Positions 36,101 through 36,604 of a stretch of DNA of 36,604 nt are shown in pieces. The DNA lies in sequence record DRR378314_2387. One strand, 5' to 3'. The notes beneath the pieces are model-generated. The model did no database searches. It worked only from the letters and a program-made list of their open reading frames with translations, and had not been told where the DNA came from. Position 1 is the stretch's first letter; each line of letters begins with the position of its first letter. The translations under genes and the position numbers were made by a program.

Positions 36101-36541
36101 GGGACAGCGGATGCCTTGCCATTGACGGGGTCTGAAACCGTTGTTTTGGCAAGTAACAGTATGGTTTTCCCTGAGGGTACACCTTCTAAAGGTACACAAG
36201 CCATGACCTTTGGTGGAATGCAGTTACAACTATTAAACGCTGCCGATGGGTGGGTGAAGATTGAAAATACCGACCTGACGGGCGTAAGTAGATTAATGGC
36301 GATAGTAGCTTGGCAAGAACCACCGAGTATTCCGTATACTATGGAGTTGCGCTCAGGTGCTCCCGATGGTGAAGTTTTGGGTAGGGGACAACTGAATCCA
36401 AAAGGTCTAGGTGGTCAAGGAAGCGCTGTTGTAATACCTATTGAAAAAACCGATGGTGTGCAACCCGAGCTTTACCTGACATATAAAGCAGAAGGCGAAG
36501 AAATAGGCACGTTTGCTTTGACCCAAGTTCAGTTTAATTAA
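33158..36541 (+). CDS. Multidomain lipoprotein: ThuA-like + glucose/sorbosone dehydrogenase-type propeller + PKD + cytochrome c + CBM-like
   Basis: Lipobox LVGC; LLVFSKT.GF.H, GGGYVGIHAA; CCHTGG, DLRGKILRI, GHRNPYR; WDLGDG (PKD); CKSCH with distal VMP. Confidence 0.88.
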   Translation: MKNYILGALCLLFVLVGCEKKRKGSPKLLVFSKTMGFKHASIPSGIAALEKLGQENDFVIDTTTNGELFTDENLAQYSAVVFLSTTGNVLNAREEAAFERYIQAGGGYVGIHAAADTEYDWGWYNKLVGAQFLSHPAGTPEADFIIKDKNHPATEFFTDSIWHRTDELYNYKNIYDGINVLMTVDESTYEGGENGDYHPMAWYHEFDGGRAFYTAAGHTDESFSEELFLKHVLGGINYAIGKNLELDYAKSTSQIPPEADRFSKVALSTGQFFEPTEMTVLPNNDVLVAQRRGEILLYSDETQELSQVAFLDVYHKTLETPGVNAEEGIMGLQKDPNFAENNWIYVYYAPTGDDWVNRLSRFKYIDGNFDMDSEQVILEVDSQREICCHTGGSIAFGPDGNLYLSTGDNSTPFDDSEAKYVNSGYAPLNDIPGKEQFDARRSSANTNDLRGKILRIKVNEDGSYDIPEGNLFPVGTEKTRPEIYTMGHRNPYRISVDLKRGYLYWGDVGPDARVDSLETRGPRGYDEMNQAREPGNYGWPMFIGDNFAYSKYDYETGESGRFFDPEKPINDSKNNTGLKELPPAQPAYAYYHYGESQDFPQTGSGGRNAMAGPTYWSDLYPNGGGLPSYYDGKVIIYDWMRGWMMALHLFEDGSVNKMEPFAPDIELSNLIDMEMSPDGRVYLLEYGSGWFSANPDSGLGYIEYNGGNRAPVIDSFIVDNDSGSLPLSVTATVEAHDCEGDSMSYIWDLGDGNTQETTEPTLTYAYKDAGSYKLNVTVKDPAGEEVSSIDQTIVAGNERPVVDIELDQANSSFYIPGQPINYTVSVSDADSEVDEDNVYVSVEYRSGMDEVNMNLGHQQVSGAVMGKALTQSLDCKSCHKEKEASIGPNYLEVSEKYKDDRRATNYLMAKIIGGGSGVWGEVVMPAHPNVSQIEARQITQYIQSLTGGDNKKPSLPLTGTVRPEAKENGEVFLLTASYTDQGTADALPLTGSETVVLASNSMVFPEGTPSKGTQAMTFGGMQLQLLNAADGWVKIENTDLTGVSRLMAIVAWQEPPSIPYTMELRSGAPDGEVLGRGQLNPKGLGGQGSAVVIPIEKTDGVQPELYLTYKAEGEEIGTFALTQVQFN

Positions 36542-36568
36542 TGAACACCGCTATATAGCAACTATAAA

Positions 36569-36604
36569 AGAGGTTGTCTAAAAAGTATTGAAACACGTCA
36601 TTCT
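36569..36604 (+). repeat. Partial (left end) copy of palindromic MITE/REP-like element
   Basis: agaggttgtctaaaaagtattgaaacacgtcattct aligns with 17284-17319; its first 15 nt are 14/15 complementary to ttttagacaccctct (38-52). Confidence 0.85.

Noticed and set aside
1-36604. Whole window as a composite transposon or genomic island
   Set aside because: No integrase or transposase, ordinary chromosomal genes and no evident compositional shift; repeat-bounded ends are better explained by assembly breaks

Overview
AT-rich chromosomal segment whose gene content (OxyR, PorP/SprF T9SS membrane protein, TAnnTTTG-type promoters, LETM1-like protein, ThuA/GSDH multidomain protein) points to a marine Flavobacteriaceae-type Bacteroidota genome. 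About 33 intact CDS; I found no rRNA, tRNA, CRISPR, prophage or transposase. The most notable structure is a probable LytTR regulon. A LytS-type kinase with a C-terminal 2TM tail is followed by five stand-alone 2TM paralogues and a LytTR regulator. Four promoters (DUF2141, TonB-dependent receptor, TPR-kinase operon, 2TM array) each carry a 9-12-9 direct repeat exactly 38 bp upstream of the TTTG of a degenerate -7 element. The window also holds a DUF4331 pair/TPR operon with an ECF-like promoter near a SigK/RskA-like pair. A ~150-bp nested palindromic MITE-like element occurs once intact and as partial copies at both window ends. There are also three adjacent heptamer arrays and a candidate structured leader RNA. 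All assignments come from motif reading by eye, with no database searches.
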